A stretch of 64,000 nucleotides of DNA. It comes from Caecitellus pseudoparvulus. Taxonomy: Eukaryota > Protista > Bigyra: Bicosoecida. The stretch lies in the NCBI GenBank assembly GCA_965644315.1, contig CBFFRQ010000067.1, positions 310,001 through 374,000 of the forward strand, read 5' to 3'. Below, piece by piece: positions 40,608 through 52,500 of this stretch. Made by a program: the position numbers and the translations under genes. Position 1 is the first letter of the stretch; every line of letters begins with the position of its first letter. The notes under the pieces were generated by a model that made no database searches, was not told where the DNA came from, and was given only the letters and a program-made list of their open reading frames with translations.

Positions 40608-43600
40608 ATGGGGCAGAAACCCTCCGGACAGGCGGCAGGTGACGCTCCAGATCAGCCATCGAGCGTGCAAGGCCGGTCGCAAGGACAGCCTGCAGAGGCT
40701 TCCTCGGCCCCTGCAGCAGCAGCCTCCGGTGGCCACACCAGCATTGACTCGGATGACGAGGATGGCGTCGTGCGCCTTGTGGTGCGTGGGCCGCAGGCTG
40801 CCAATCAGCCCACTCGCTCGCCGCGTTTCACGAAACTCCCCGCACGCCTCGCCACGCCACACCTGGTTGCACAGGGCATGCCCGCCAACGAGGCCTCAGA
40901 CGGCTACTACACCGCTGTGCAAGCAGCCCTCTATGAGCGAGAGCTGCCTCAACCCGCGCCCCACTACACTCAGCGAGTGAAGTGGAAGCGTGGTGAGCAG
41001 CTGGGGGCTGGAGCGGTGGGCGTCGTGTACCTGGGCCTGGACGCCGAGACGGGCGGCCTCATGGCTGCCAAGAAGGTCTCCCTCGTCGGCATCTCGGAGT
41101 CTGACACCCGCGCCGGCCGTCTCCTGGCCACACTGCAGGTGCGCCGAGCCCACACCGCCAGGTGCCTGCGCTGCGAAACCCCCCCCCCCCATGTACACCC
41201 CCCCCCCCCTGCCGCCTCGACCAGGAGGAAATCCGACTCATGTCCGGCCTGCAGCACGAGAACATCGTGCGGTACTGTGCGTGGCCACGGGCCGTTTCGC
41301 CACCGACACCCCCCCTCACGCCATGACACACCCCCCCCCTCCCAGACGGATCCCAGCGCCAACGCGATGACTTGTACATCTTCATGGAGTTCGTGTCAGG
41401 GGGCTCCCTGGCCCAAGTCCTGCAGCGTTTTGGGAACATGGGCAGCACGCTGGTGCGTTTGTACACCACGCAGGTGTTGCGTGGGTTGGCGTTTCTGCAC
41501 AACCACCGCATCGTGCACCGCGACATCAAGTGCGGCAACATCCTCCTCCACCGGTCGGGAGTGTGCAAACTCAGTGACTTTGGCGCCAGCCGCTCCCTGG
41601 GCGCAGTGGCCGTCGCCTCGGGCTCTCGATCCGGCACGGTGCTCATGGCGGGCACGCCGTGGCACATGGCTCCCGAGGTAATACGCGAGCTGCCTCACGG
41701 GCGGTCAGCTGACATCTGGAGCCTGGGCTGCACTGTGGTGGAGATGGCCACTGGCGCGCCGCCGTGGGCCCACATCAGCGACCCCATGGCAGCCCTGTAC
41801 CACATCGCCACCAGCGCGGAACAGCCGCCTGTTCCGGCCTCCCTGGGCGAGGCTGGTGCGGATTTTGTGCGGCAGTGCACACGACGTGATCCGTCCACTC
41901 GACCCACGGCGCTGCAGCTCCTGCGTCACCCCTTCATCACGGACCCTGCCCCGTCAGGCTTCGGGTCCAGCTCCAGCAGCGGACCCGGGCTGGCGCCGGG
42001 CCTGTCTGACTCGGGCGCTGTGCAGTTCAACCCCCTGGCCCCGGCCCCCGCTGCGGGGGGGCAGAGTGCCGAGCAGACCCCAGACATGCAAGCCTCCTCG
42101 CTGCCATCTCGCCCCGCTGGCCTGGTGTGTGGCCCCTCCCTACCCATCGTCATCAGCAGTGACACCTCCTCCTCCTCCACAGGGGCAGGGGGCGGCGCCA
42201 AGGCTGGCTTGGCCAAGACGGCCGTGCCTCGTGCCGCATGGCCCGAGCATGGGGCCGGCTCCCCAGGACCGGATGCGCCCCCGCCCCCCAACGCGGACTC
42301 CAGCGGCACGTCAGGCTCAGCCCCGGACAAGGTGTCTGTGTCGGCTCGAGACCCATCCTTCCTCGCAGTGGGCAGCGCTCGCCCAGCCACAGGCACTGGC
42401 GGCCAGGCTGGACCAGCGGCATCTGGCCGCCACACGCCGGGCGGGGTGCCTGAAACATGCGAGGTGGTGGACATGCCTCGACACCCCACCCAGGCGCCGC
42501 CTGTGGACAGAAGCGGAGGGGGGGGTGCCGACATGGTGGATGACACCCACGGCGAGGCGGGGACACCCCCCCCTCCTGCCCGATCAGGGGGGGGGCTGCT
42601 CGGCCGCCTGGGCTCCTGGTTCCGCGGGGGCCGGGTGTCCAGCTCCAAGAGCACACCCACTGCCTCCACCGCCCCCAGCGCCACCCCTGTTCGTCCCAGC
42701 AGCCCCGCGTCGCCCACTGGCAGCGCTGGCCGTGGCTCGGCCCTGCCGCTTCTGACTGTGGATGACACTGCCACCAGCCACACAGGCGGCACAGGCGGCA
42801 GCGGCGGCAGCGGCGGCGCCCCCACCCCCAGTCCCACCATCCTCGACCACTTCCACGACGACACGGCAGCAGAGCCGGTGCGCAGCCCAGAACACAGGAG
42901 CAGGGCCGGCAGTGCGCAGGGGGTGTTCCACACCGACCCAGGTCAGGCCTCCCTGCGACCACAGCCGCCGCCACACACTCACCCCGCCAAACTCACCCGC
43001 TGGGCATCAGCACGCAGTGCCCTGTGCACGCCCCCGCCAGGCGACAGGGACGCAGCGACCACCCCGCCCACAGGCCAGCCTGTGTCACCTGCGGCGGCAG
43101 GCGAGTCAAGCGAGTCACCCGGCGCGGGCGCCAGCGAGGCTGCGAGTCAAGGCACGGCCACAGGCACAGACGCCACGCGCCAGCCACGCCCAGCCTCCGC
43201 CAGGAGCTCCTCCTCCTCCTCCTTGGCCAGCCTGTCCTGCGATGAAGAGGAGGGGGTGGGGGGTGGCGCCAGCACCCCCGCCACCACGTGGCCTGTGCGG
43301 GGACAGCGTGTGTCGCCGCCGACACCAGCCACTGGCGCCGCCGGCAGTATGCAGGGCAGCTCGCGAGTCTCTCCGTCCCTGACGCACGCAGTGGGCCCAC
43401 GTCGCGGCGCCGGTGGGTCACCTCGCGCGGCGCACCCCTACACTGTGCACACCACCGCACACCGCCACAGCAGCCACCGCCGCAGCAGCAGTGACGGCAG
43501 CGCAGCAAAAGCCGCCCCTGCCACCCACTCACACCAGGCTCTGCTGGCTACTGTGGGCTCCAAGGCGTTTTTCCACGAACAGTCAGCGGAAGGCACCGGG

Positions 43601-44635
43601 CAAACGGGCCCAGTGCCGGCACTCAACCTTGGCAACGTGCAGGACCCAGCAGCCCAGGCGGCAGGCCTGACACTGCAGCTGGCGCTTTCCGGTCGGGATG
43701 CAGGCAGTCTCACAGCGGCTGATCTGCCGCCGGAGCTCCTGCGCGCGTACGGTGTGGCCAGTCGTGCGGAATTAGGGCCCGAAGCGCAGGAGGTGGCTGC
43801 ACACATCCTGCGCACGACATCTTGGTTCGAGCAGGTGCAGCTGAGCACACGTAGTGAGTTGGCGCGGCGTGTGCAGCAACAGGGCGGGGCGACGTCCCCT
43901 GGCGAGGGTGCTTCGCCCTCCACTGACTCCAGCGGGGCGACTGCGTTGCTGGCTGCATTTGACGCCCATGTGGAGGAGTCCCGCCGGCAGCTGCCTGGCA
44001 ACAGCCTGGCCCAACTCCTCACACCACGCACAGGGCATCATCAGCAGCAGCAGGAGGAGGAGGAGCAGGCAGCCGTCCCCCCCGTGCGGCGCCAAGGCCC
44101 GAGAGCGGAAGTTGCCATTGGTGCGGAGGCTGTGCAGCCACCCGGCATGGTGCCAGCCTGTGACTCACAGCCGTCGTCAGATCTGCCCCTGCCCTTGTCC
44201 CCGCCCACCACCCACCTGCTCTTTGGGCCAGGGGGTGCTTCTGGTGCCGAGAGCTACGCAGCTGAGGACTTTCTCAGCCTCAGTGCGTCTGCCAGCACCA
44301 GCAGTCGGCCCAGCCCTGCCCGCCCCACAACGTACAGCGTCACCAGCGACTCAGCGGGCCGGGAGCCCACCCCTGCCACCAGCAGTGGAGAGAAGAAGCC
44401 CAGTGGCTCCATTGTGCCCGAGTCCTCCTCCTCCTCCTCCCACTCGCACGGCGGGGCGGCTAGCGCCCCACACCACCAGGCTTTAGTTGTGGGGCGGCCA
44501 CAGCCACTACCCCCCTCGTCCATGGTGGGAGAGAAGGGGGCATGGCAGCTGCCAAACATGTTCCTGCGCCCACTGCAGGTGCAGGCGGCTGCAGCGCCGC
44601 CACCGAGCGACGCGGGTGACTCCGCGGCGCAGTGA
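40608..44635 (+). CDS. MAP kinase kinase kinase (STE11/NPK1-like) with long disordered C-terminus
   Basis: WKRGEQLGAGAVGVVYLG, MAAKKV, EEIRLMSGLQHENIVRY, FMEFVSGGSL, HRDIKCGNIL, DFG, GTPWHMAPE, DIWSLGCTVVEMATG.PPW. Exons 40608-41138, 41225-41276 and 41346-44635. Confidence 0.93.
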
Positions 44636-44719
44636 ATGCAGCACTGCATTGCAGCCAAGCCCGCTGCCGCGGCCGGCCCTCACAGCTGAATTCCACCCCG
44701 CACACACTCTCGCAAAACG

Positions 44720-44725
44720 AATAAA
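44720..44725 (+). terminator. Possible AATAAA polyadenylation signal for the MAP3K gene
   Basis: AATAAA in a short AT-rich patch ~85 nt after the MAP3K stop, between convergent genes. Confidence 0.3.
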
Positions 44726-44742
44726 CAACATTGCACTATACT

Positions 44743-46160
44743 TCACTCCCAAGTTTCGGTGCTGGACGCTAGGCGTGCCGCCTCCAGCGCTTCCAGCGTT
44801 CGGCGGCGGTTTCTGCGCATCATGCTGCGCCGCCGTGAGCGACTTGGAGCCATGGCCACTGATCCCGACGGCGGCGACGCCACCGCAGACATGAGGGGGT
44901 TCTGCACGCTGAGGGTCTCAGGCGGCCGCCTTGGGAGGGGCGCCGCCGCCGCCGATGATGATGTCGATGTCGCTTCCGCTGCAGGTGTGGACGGCGGCAG
45001 AGACGTGAAGACACTCAGCTGACTTGAGCGGTGTGTGGCTCGCCGGGGCGCACGCCGACGCAGCTCTTCATCTAGGGCAGCCTCCGCGTCGGCCCGTGCG
45101 TGTGCCCGGCGCTGTGAGTGACTAGGCGGCACGCCTGGTGGCGGTGGAGGGGGGGGGCGTGTAGCTGTCGTGGGTGCTTCCCTCGCAGCACCCCCCCCCT
45201 CTGACACCCGCCGCTGGAGCAGCTCAGGGGGGGGTGCATGGGGAGGGACGGGTGTCAGCGTATTACGCCTGCGCGACGCAGACCGCGGCTCGCTCAGCAC
45301 GGCCCCCGCCGGCAGGTTTGCTTGTGTGCTGCTCTGGGCAGGCGAGCGCTCCCACACCCAGTCCAGAGGGGTTGCTAGCCAGTTCGCCAGGCGCTCGCTC
45401 CACGCCGGCCGCAGGTCACCCGGCGGCGTGGGCCTGCCCAAGGACCGCCGTGCGTTTCGGATGGCTGCCTTGAGCTCCCGGTCCTCCAGCTGTCCGAAAC
45501 GCAGGGCGCTGCAGGCGCAGATGGAAAAGAGCAGGAAGAAAAAGACGACAGGGAAGATGGACGCGCCACGCAGGGTGGGCGCTGTGAAGCTGGCCACGGC
45601 AGGCTCTGCGCGCGACTGCGTCGAGTCGATCCAGCACGTCAGCGCGTCGGCTGCCTGAACTTCGCGTGCAGATCGCTGCGCAGCGGTGCGCGTGGTGAAG
45701 GCGCCAGTTGGCTCAGACAGCATCATGACTGCCCCCGACCCTGCGTGAAACTCCGACAGGTCCACTCGGTACACCACTTTCAGGCACTTGTACGTGTCGT
45801 CCGTGCACACCTCCTGCGGGGCAGTGGGCGGGAGCTGCGAGTTTCGCTTGCGTTTCCCCCACCTAGACGCGCACACGCACGTTGTTCTCTGAATCTCGCG
45901 CACACACCCGCTCTGTGCACTCCGCCGCCACAATGGAAGATGCCACAGCATCACACTTGGCCTGTGGCGCAGGGAGGCGCGGGCAGTTGCCGGCTGCTGC
46001 GGTGTTGCTCACGGAGCTCACGCACCGGCACGATGTGGTCCACGGCATCCAACGCAAGGCCGTAGTTCATGCTGTACAGCAGCTGCAGGCCGCCACACAG
46101 CAGGGTGAGAATGTAGCATAGTGTGGCGGCGGGGCAGGCGCTGAGCAGGCGGTCAAACAT
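44743..46160 (-). CDS. Two-TM protein with Cys-rich extracellular loop (BK-channel beta/TipE-like topology) and Pro/Arg-rich tail
   Basis: Three exons: MFDRLL...TLCYILTLLCGGLQLLYSM (TM1)...HIVP | AKCDAV...ECTERVC...NN | EVCTDDTYKCLKVVYRV...TCWIDS...IFPVVFFFLLFSICAC (TM2). Canonical GTGCGT/CAG introns in phase 0. Confidence 0.6.
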
Positions 46161-46571
46161 GTCCCACGGTGCAGGCACAGCCCAGCGCAGCTCGCTCCCA
46201 GGCCGCAAGTCACGTCAACGCGGCACGCGAGATGGGCAGCACGGGGACAGCCCGAATAGCCGCACAGCTACCTGTGCATGCAGTGCAGGCGGCCAAGCGG
46301 GCCCTGCATGCAGCACGGCACGGCGTTGGTCGAGCCTGGGGCTTGCAGAGGCGGCGGCGGCGCGACCACACGTTGCTTCGTGCAACACCGCAGGCCCACC
46401 AGCGCCACACCTGCAACGCGGCAGCAAGGAGACAGTCGTGCTAAAACACGGACCACATACACCACCGGCTCAGGTGAAAGTAGCCAGGTGTGGTTTGTTT
46501 CGCCAGTCGTACTGCTTTGCCGCCGCCGCTTCACCTGCCCAGGCGAAGCCTAAGCCGACGGCCAAGCCGGA

Positions 46572-47861
46572 ATGCTCGTGCGGCTTGCTCGGCGCACCTG
46601 CGACGCACTTCGAAACAGAATGGCGGCCCAGGGAGCTGCCACCTTCGTTGATCCACGGGGCTTTGTTTCCTCGGCTCACCTTGACAGGCGAGGCGGCAAG
46701 GGCCAGCGGCGTGGCATGACAGTGAGCGCAGCTGCAGTGCACTTCACAAACGAGGAGGGGCTGGTCAGCTCCCCTGCAGAGGTCATGCTGTTCCACGGCG
46801 GTTCCCCCATCATGGTGAAGGGGGCCAAGGATCGGACTCCTCGCTTTGCCCGACTGCCGTATGCGGAGGCTGCTGCCGCATTGCAGTTGCGGGTGGCGGA
46901 GGGTGACGTGGATTCTGCGGACTTTGCCGTGCTGGGTGAATTCCGCAAGCCCGACACGCCGCCCTCGTCAGCTGCGACAGCCGTCATTGCCGTGGACGTC
47001 GCCACTGGCACCTCGGCCCTGACTGCCGAGGCTGCCTTGGCGGCTCTCAACGACAACGAGGCCCTGCGCGCAGCGGCGCAGCTGAGCGCTGACGCCGCCT
47101 TCCAAGTCACACACCCACGCACCACGCTGTTCCTGCCCAAGCGCGCTGCCACGCCAGAAGACCTGTCCAACTTTGCCACGGCGCGGGGCCTGCTCGTGTG
47201 GCACGCTGCAAACCGTTTCTGCGGCCGCGATGGCAGCCGCACGGCGCCAGAGGCCGGTGGCACCAAGCGCGTCTCCACCGCCTCAGGCGCATCCCTGTAC
47301 CCACGAGTGGACCCAGTCGCCATCATGGCCATCCAGCACCCATCTGAAGCCAGTGTCCTGCTGGGGCGCCAGGCTGGCTTCCCGCCCGGCATGTACTCCG
47401 CCCTGGCTGGCTTCGTGGAGGCCGGTGAAACGCTCGAGGCGGCCGTCGTGCGTGAAACGCAGGAGGAGGCAGGAGTCACCGTGGACCCATCCACAGTGCG
47501 GTACGTGGCGTCCCAGCCCTGGCCTCTGGGGCGTACTGGCACCTTCTCACAGCTCATGCTGGGGTGCACGGGGGTCGCCTCGTCGCCTGACCTGCACGTC
47601 GCAACTGCCGAGCTGGAGCACGCGGCATGGGTGCCACTGCAGCGCGTCGCAGACTTGGTACGGGCCAGTTTGAGTGGTGCCCCCCCCAAGGCCAAGGCGC
47701 CAGAGGGGGGTGAAGCCCCCCCCCTCCCCCCCCAAGGCACGCCCCCTGATCACATGTTCGTGCCTGGACCATACGCTGTGGCTCACACCATCCTCCGGGC
47801 ATGGGTGGAGTCCCATGGTGTGCAGATCGCGCCAGACACCCCCGCCGAGTCACGCCTGTGA
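46572..47861 (+). CDS. nudC: NADH pyrophosphatase / NAD-cap decapping Nudix hydrolase (NudC/NUDT12/NUDT13 family)
   Basis: ARGLLVWH..NRFCG, YPRVDPVAIM, Nudix box GFVEAGETLEAAVVRETQEEAGV, SQPWP, SQLMLG, PGPYAVAH. Arg-rich N-terminus resembles a mitochondrial presequence. Confidence 0.92.
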   Translation: MLVRLARRTCDALRNRMAAQGAATFVDPRGFVSSAHLDRRGGKGQRRGMTVSAAAVHFTNEEGLVSSPAEVMLFHGGSPIMVKGAKDRTPRFARLPYAEAAAALQLRVAEGDVDSADFAVLGEFRKPDTPPSSAATAVIAVDVATGTSALTAEAALAALNDNEALRAAAQLSADAAFQVTHPRTTLFLPKRAATPEDLSNFATARGLLVWHAANRFCGRDGSRTAPEAGGTKRVSTASGASLYPRVDPVAIMAIQHPSEASVLLGRQAGFPPGMYSALAGFVEAGETLEAAVVRETQEEAGVTVDPSTVRYVASQPWPLGRTGTFSQLMLGCTGVASSPDLHVATAELEHAAWVPLQRVADLVRASLSGAPPKAKAPEGGEAPPLPPQGTPPDHMFVPGPYAVAHTILRAWVESHGVQIAPDTPAESRL

Positions 47862-48372
47862 CTCGGCGTCACCCCCCTCCGCTGCGCCTCCTGTAGATGG
47901 CTTCCGGCTCTCCGCAATGAACTCTGCATGTTCCTGCAACAGCGCCTGCACATCACCTTCACTCATGCCGAGCTGCGCATGTGCAAGCGGCGCCAGTGCA
48001 GGTGCCAGGCATGCCCCAGGCCGGACGCCAGCGCCACGCACCTTGGACGGGAGGGAGCCTAGGCCAGCCTTGGATTTGGCAGTGGCTGCAGCGTAGCGTT
48101 GCCGCGCAGCAGTGTTGGCGGCAATGAATGCCTCCCACTGCTCGTCAGGAATGCTGCTGGAGTCACCGCTCGCTGCTACCTCCGTGCCAGCGGCGGTCAG
48201 CGTCGAACCAGGTGCTGGAGCGCTGCCTGCGCAGAATGGGCCGTGTTCGCAAGGCATGCAGCGCGAGCGCCGAGTGTGCGGCGCCTGGTGTAAACTCACT
48301 TGCACCCATGACTGGCTCCGCGTCTCCGTGTCCTGCAATGCCTTCAGCAGGCGCCTTGGACTCGGAAGCCAT
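47850..48372 (-). CDS. Small hypothetical protein (spliced)
   Basis: Exon 1 MASESKAPAEG...VMGA (A|GTGAGT), exon 2 SAPAP...PDEQWEAFIAAN...LPSK, and a likely exon 3 LGMSEGDVQALLQEHAEF...SQA*. Splice phases are consistent. Its stop overlaps the NudC CDS end. Confidence 0.5.
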
Positions 48373-48594
48373 GGCCCGCGTTTCGTTGCCGTTACGCTTT
48401 GCGAGCGCAGGTCGTTCAGCAGCGAGCTGCCTGCGTGTGCCGCGAGAGCGGAGTGCATTCACAGTGCCAGAAGGGGAGCCAGAGTGAGCTTCGTGGTGTC
48501 TGTGGTCGAATGTGTCGCTCCTTTGTCACTGCCAGCGACAGCGCTGACTAGCTCACAGGCTAGGTGCCTTCGACAGCCCTGCGCGAAGCCTCCG

Positions 48595-49465
48595 TCAACC
48601 CGAGTCTTGCAGCGTCTTCGTGGCTTCCTCCGCAGCAGTTGTCACCTGTGATGAGGGTGCATCAACGTCACACGTGGCGGGGTCGCCTGGCACCTCCTGC
48701 CAGCGGCGTGGACCCACCTCATCCATCTTCCCCACAGCGCCGTCCACCTCTGCCACAATGCTGTCCGCCTCACGGGAGAGCGTGTCAATGGAAGTCTCCA
48801 GGTCGGCATTGCGCGAATTCAACTGCAAACGCGGAAGACGGGCCCCGTCGTGCGCACGGCAGCGAGCAGCGTGCCCCAGCGACACCCACGTCGGCCAAGA
48901 CTGCCTTCAACGCATGCACCTCGGATGCGGCAGACTTTGCAGAGGATGCAGACACCATCTTCTTCACTGACGTATCGTCTGTCTGCGGCCTGTGCAGAGG
49001 TGACAGGGCCCGCGAGCTTGTTGGCAAGAACCTGCAAACGCCGGCGAAACGCCACGGCGCACCTGATGGACACTCCCACGGCCTTCAGTTCGGCAGCTTG
49101 GGCATGCAAGCCGTCGAGAGCATTCAACTTCTCCACAACGTGCTTCTCCGCGCAGATCTTCTCAAACTCGTCCTGCCCAGGCAGCGGAGCGAGTGCTTCG
49201 GCGGCCGTCTGCCGTTGTGTGCAGGGCGTGCAGCACCCACCGACGAGGCTTCTTGCACCATGTCCAGCAAGTTCCCGAACAGCTCGTCGATCGTGTCCTT
49301 GTGTTCAGGGTACAGTGTGGGGAACACTTCGCCCAGGTCAATGCCCTTGCCGCTCGCGACGCACGTGGCCAGTGCCTTGGCAAACACTGCTGAGAGTTTG
49401 GCGGCCCGAATGCCTGGTGCTGGCTGGCCACTGCCAGCCGCTGCGGCGGCAGCTGTGGACGCCAT
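48595..49465 (-). CDS. PMF1: Kinetochore Mis12-complex subunit Nnf1/PMF1
   Basis: Spliced: RAAKLSAVFAKAL...EVFPTL...ELFGNLL... | DEFEKICAEKHVVEKLNALDGLHAQA... then coiled-coil exons to DSG*. EF..I..E..V..KLN.LD.L is the Nnf1 signature. Confidence 0.75.
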
Positions 49466-49545
49466 GGTGAGAGCACTGCACGCAGACACGCCGCGGGGCG
49501 AAGCGGCTGAAGTGAATCCGTGGTCAACTCTGAATTGCTGCACTC

Positions 49546-52500
49546 TCACGTCTGCTTCCGCCTGACACGTGCCCTTCGAGCATGCGACAGAGGATCGGAC
49601 GCCGCCGCCGCCGCCGCCTCCTCCGCCTGCTGCCGGGCCTCCATGTCCAGCGTCAAGGAGGCCAGGGCCGACGCATCGGCACGCTTCGCCGCCTGCGCCT
49701 CACTCACGTTCCGGGCCAGAGGCGCCCCGGCAGGCACAGCGAACGACACTGCCTCCAGCCGCCCCGCACCTGTGCCCTTGCGTGTTCGGCGCAGGAACAT
49801 GAGCGGAACAGTGCCGCCGCCACTGGGCCCATCTCGCGAGCCAGCCACCTGCCCCCTGCTCTGAGCTGACGCCAGCATGTGTGCGGGCAGTGCCACGCGC
49901 GAGGGGGCAGCAGCACCACCCGCTCGCCCACGCGCCACACTGTCCAACACGGACGTCTCGATGTCGGCCAGAGCCAGGTCCAAACGATGGTCAGCAGCGG
50001 TGTTCGCGGCCGCCTCTGCCAGCGCCTCCTCGTCCAACGAGTCACTGTCCGAGTCACTGCTCAGGCCCGCCTCCTCAGCCGCCAGCCCATCCTCATCCAC
50101 CTCCACCTCGTCATCCTCCTCCTCCTCCTCCTCCTCCTCATCGTCCCCTGCCCCGACACCCACATCCTCCTCCTCCTCCACTTCCTCCTCGTCAAGTTCT
50201 TCCTCCTCCACTTCCTCCTCGTCTTCCTCCTCCTCAGGCGCCGTCCCAACGCCAAGCGAAGCCGCACGTGCCGCTCGTGTCGCCTCAAGCCACTCTGCCT
50301 CAGAGGCAGCGGTGGCTGCAGCCATGTAGTGAGTGAAACGCTCCAGGCGGGGACGCACTTTTTCCAGCGTTTCGCTGATGAGGAAGTCAGTCGTGAAGGA
50401 GACGTCCTGCTTCGCCAGGCAGTACCGCTGGAAAGCGGTGATGAAACGGCTCATGGGGCGGCGGAAGGGGCTGCCAGGTCCGAAAAACGGCAGCACCTCC
50501 CCCAGCAACGCACACACCATGTGAATGCGGAAGTGGTCGGTGGGTGTGTCCACTGCGCACGGCACGAGGGGGTGCGCACCCCACACCGTGCTGAGCGGGC
50601 CGTGGGTGGGTGGCGCCACGAGCGGAAACTGAAGCAGAGAGCTCGCGCCCCCAAACGCCTCAATGTCGGCCACAGCCACACGAGCACGCGCCTGGAACCG
50701 CTCCATGTGCTGCCTGACAGCCTGCTCGGCAGCACCTTGCAACTGTGCTGCAGTGGGCTCCGGCGCGCCCTCCTCCGCCGCAGCGGCAATGGCAGCTTGG
50801 CGAGCTGCGGCAGCTGCTGCGTGGAAGGGCGGAACAGGCACGCCCTCAGCGGCGACACGCGCCCGCACTTCCCGCGCCACAGCGTACTGGTGCATGGCAG
50901 CCAGGGCCTGGGCTGGCGTCAGGCGGTGCCCCGTGCTCAGGATGCTGTGGCAGACGTGCATGATGGTGTGCTCCGACACGACGCAGTACGTGTACAGCTG
51001 CCCCAGGAAACGGCACGCTCCGAGGCGCAGGGAGGCTTGCGCATAGTCCTGAGCTGGGCTGGCCTGCAGGCCCCCTCGAATGACTTCCATGGTGCGGTCC
51101 ACCACCGCCACCGCCAAGTCCGCGCGCCACTTGGAACACGTCGTGTGCAGCAGCGATGCCAGGTCTTCCAGCTTCGTGTGCTGGGTCGCCACGCACTCAA
51201 ACACCACCTGCAGCACAGTGGTCAGGATCTTCCCGTGTTCCGTGTTCCATGGCAGCTTGCGCAGCTTGGAGGAGATGTGCACGATGCTGCTCTCATCCAG
51301 CTGCTCCAGGATGAGGCTGCGGATGTAGGCTTCCTGGGGCGGCACGGCGGGTCGCACACGGCGAGTCATGGGGGCGGGCGGCATGCAGGCCGCCACAGCA
51401 TCGGACAGCATCATGGCAGCACTGCCAGTGATGTGCAGCGCCCGACGCTGTTCCGCGATGGTGGCGAGCACACTCAGCGCACGCGGCCGCGTTGCATCCA
51501 GCAGGCACAGATACCGCCCGCCATGCTCCAGCATCACGGCCAGTGTCTGCACAGCGTCCAGGTTGGTGAGGCGCCCAGCACACCGCTGCAGTGCGCGGAA
51601 CACCACGTTCGGTGGGCAGATGCTGAACTTCAACAGCTCCACTGTCAACCTGGCATTGGCAAGCTTGCGGTCTGTTGCGCCTGTCGGGCGTTTCCGCAGG
51701 AAATACTGCAGCTCGTCTTCCAGCAACGCAACGAGCGGCGCAGTGAAGCCCGGCAGGACGAGCTCGAACACTGCACATGCGCGGGCCATGAACGGCGCGC
51801 AGTGCGTCAACGCGGGGCCTGCCGTGAACATGGCCTTGATGAGGCGGCCCCTGCCCAGCTTGGTGAAGTGCCCCTGCGCTGCGAAATCCACGCACCACCG
51901 GTCCAGCATCTCACGACTGCCAGCCTGCCACAGAGCGCTCACGGCAGCATCGAAGGTGTCCTTCGTTGGCGCAGCGGCCGTCAGCCCCAACGTCGCTTCC
52001 AGGTCCAGCGGCGTGTCTGCATCCCCCTTGCCGTCGGGTGACTCATCTTGCAGCGCAAACCCAGCGTCGCCATCATCCTCCACCACCAAAGTGCGGCGCT
52101 TCGAAGAAGCAGGCTCCGTTTCATCACCTGCTTCGCTGGTCTCAGCAGCTGGTGCTTCCTTTGGAGCAGTGGGTGGCGGCTTGGCGGTCGCGGTGGGAGC
52201 AGGTGGAGCAGGTGCCGGCGCACAGCCAAACTGCGACAACGCGTCGTCCAGAGAGCCCTTCGCACGGGCCTTGCTGCCAGCCACGCCAGATCTAGCGGCC
52301 TGTGGCTTGGGCGTGGCACCCCCGTCGCCTGCCTTGTCCGGCTCGGGCTTGGCAGACTGGGACGGCGTGGGGGTGATGCCCAGCAGCCTCGCAGGCACCT
52401 GCGTTGTGAGGTCGGGCAGGTCGCGGTAAAACGCCCGTGTGGGCTCGTCGTCGAAGGGCCCCAAGTCGCTGCCCTCGCCACTGCGATTCCACAGCAGCGC

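Noticed and set aside
41139-41345. Poly-C runs suggesting frameshifts in the MAP3K
   Set aside because: They lie inside two canonical introns flanking a 52-nt exon, and splicing restores an intact kinase.
50030-50240. (TCC)n microsatellite-like tract
   Set aside because: It encodes the normal acidic Glu/Asp linker of UPF2.
49879-52041. 720-aa plus-strand ORF and similar long overlapping ORFs elsewhere
   Set aside because: They are antisense to clear genes such as UPF2 and are expected from stop-codon scarcity at high GC.
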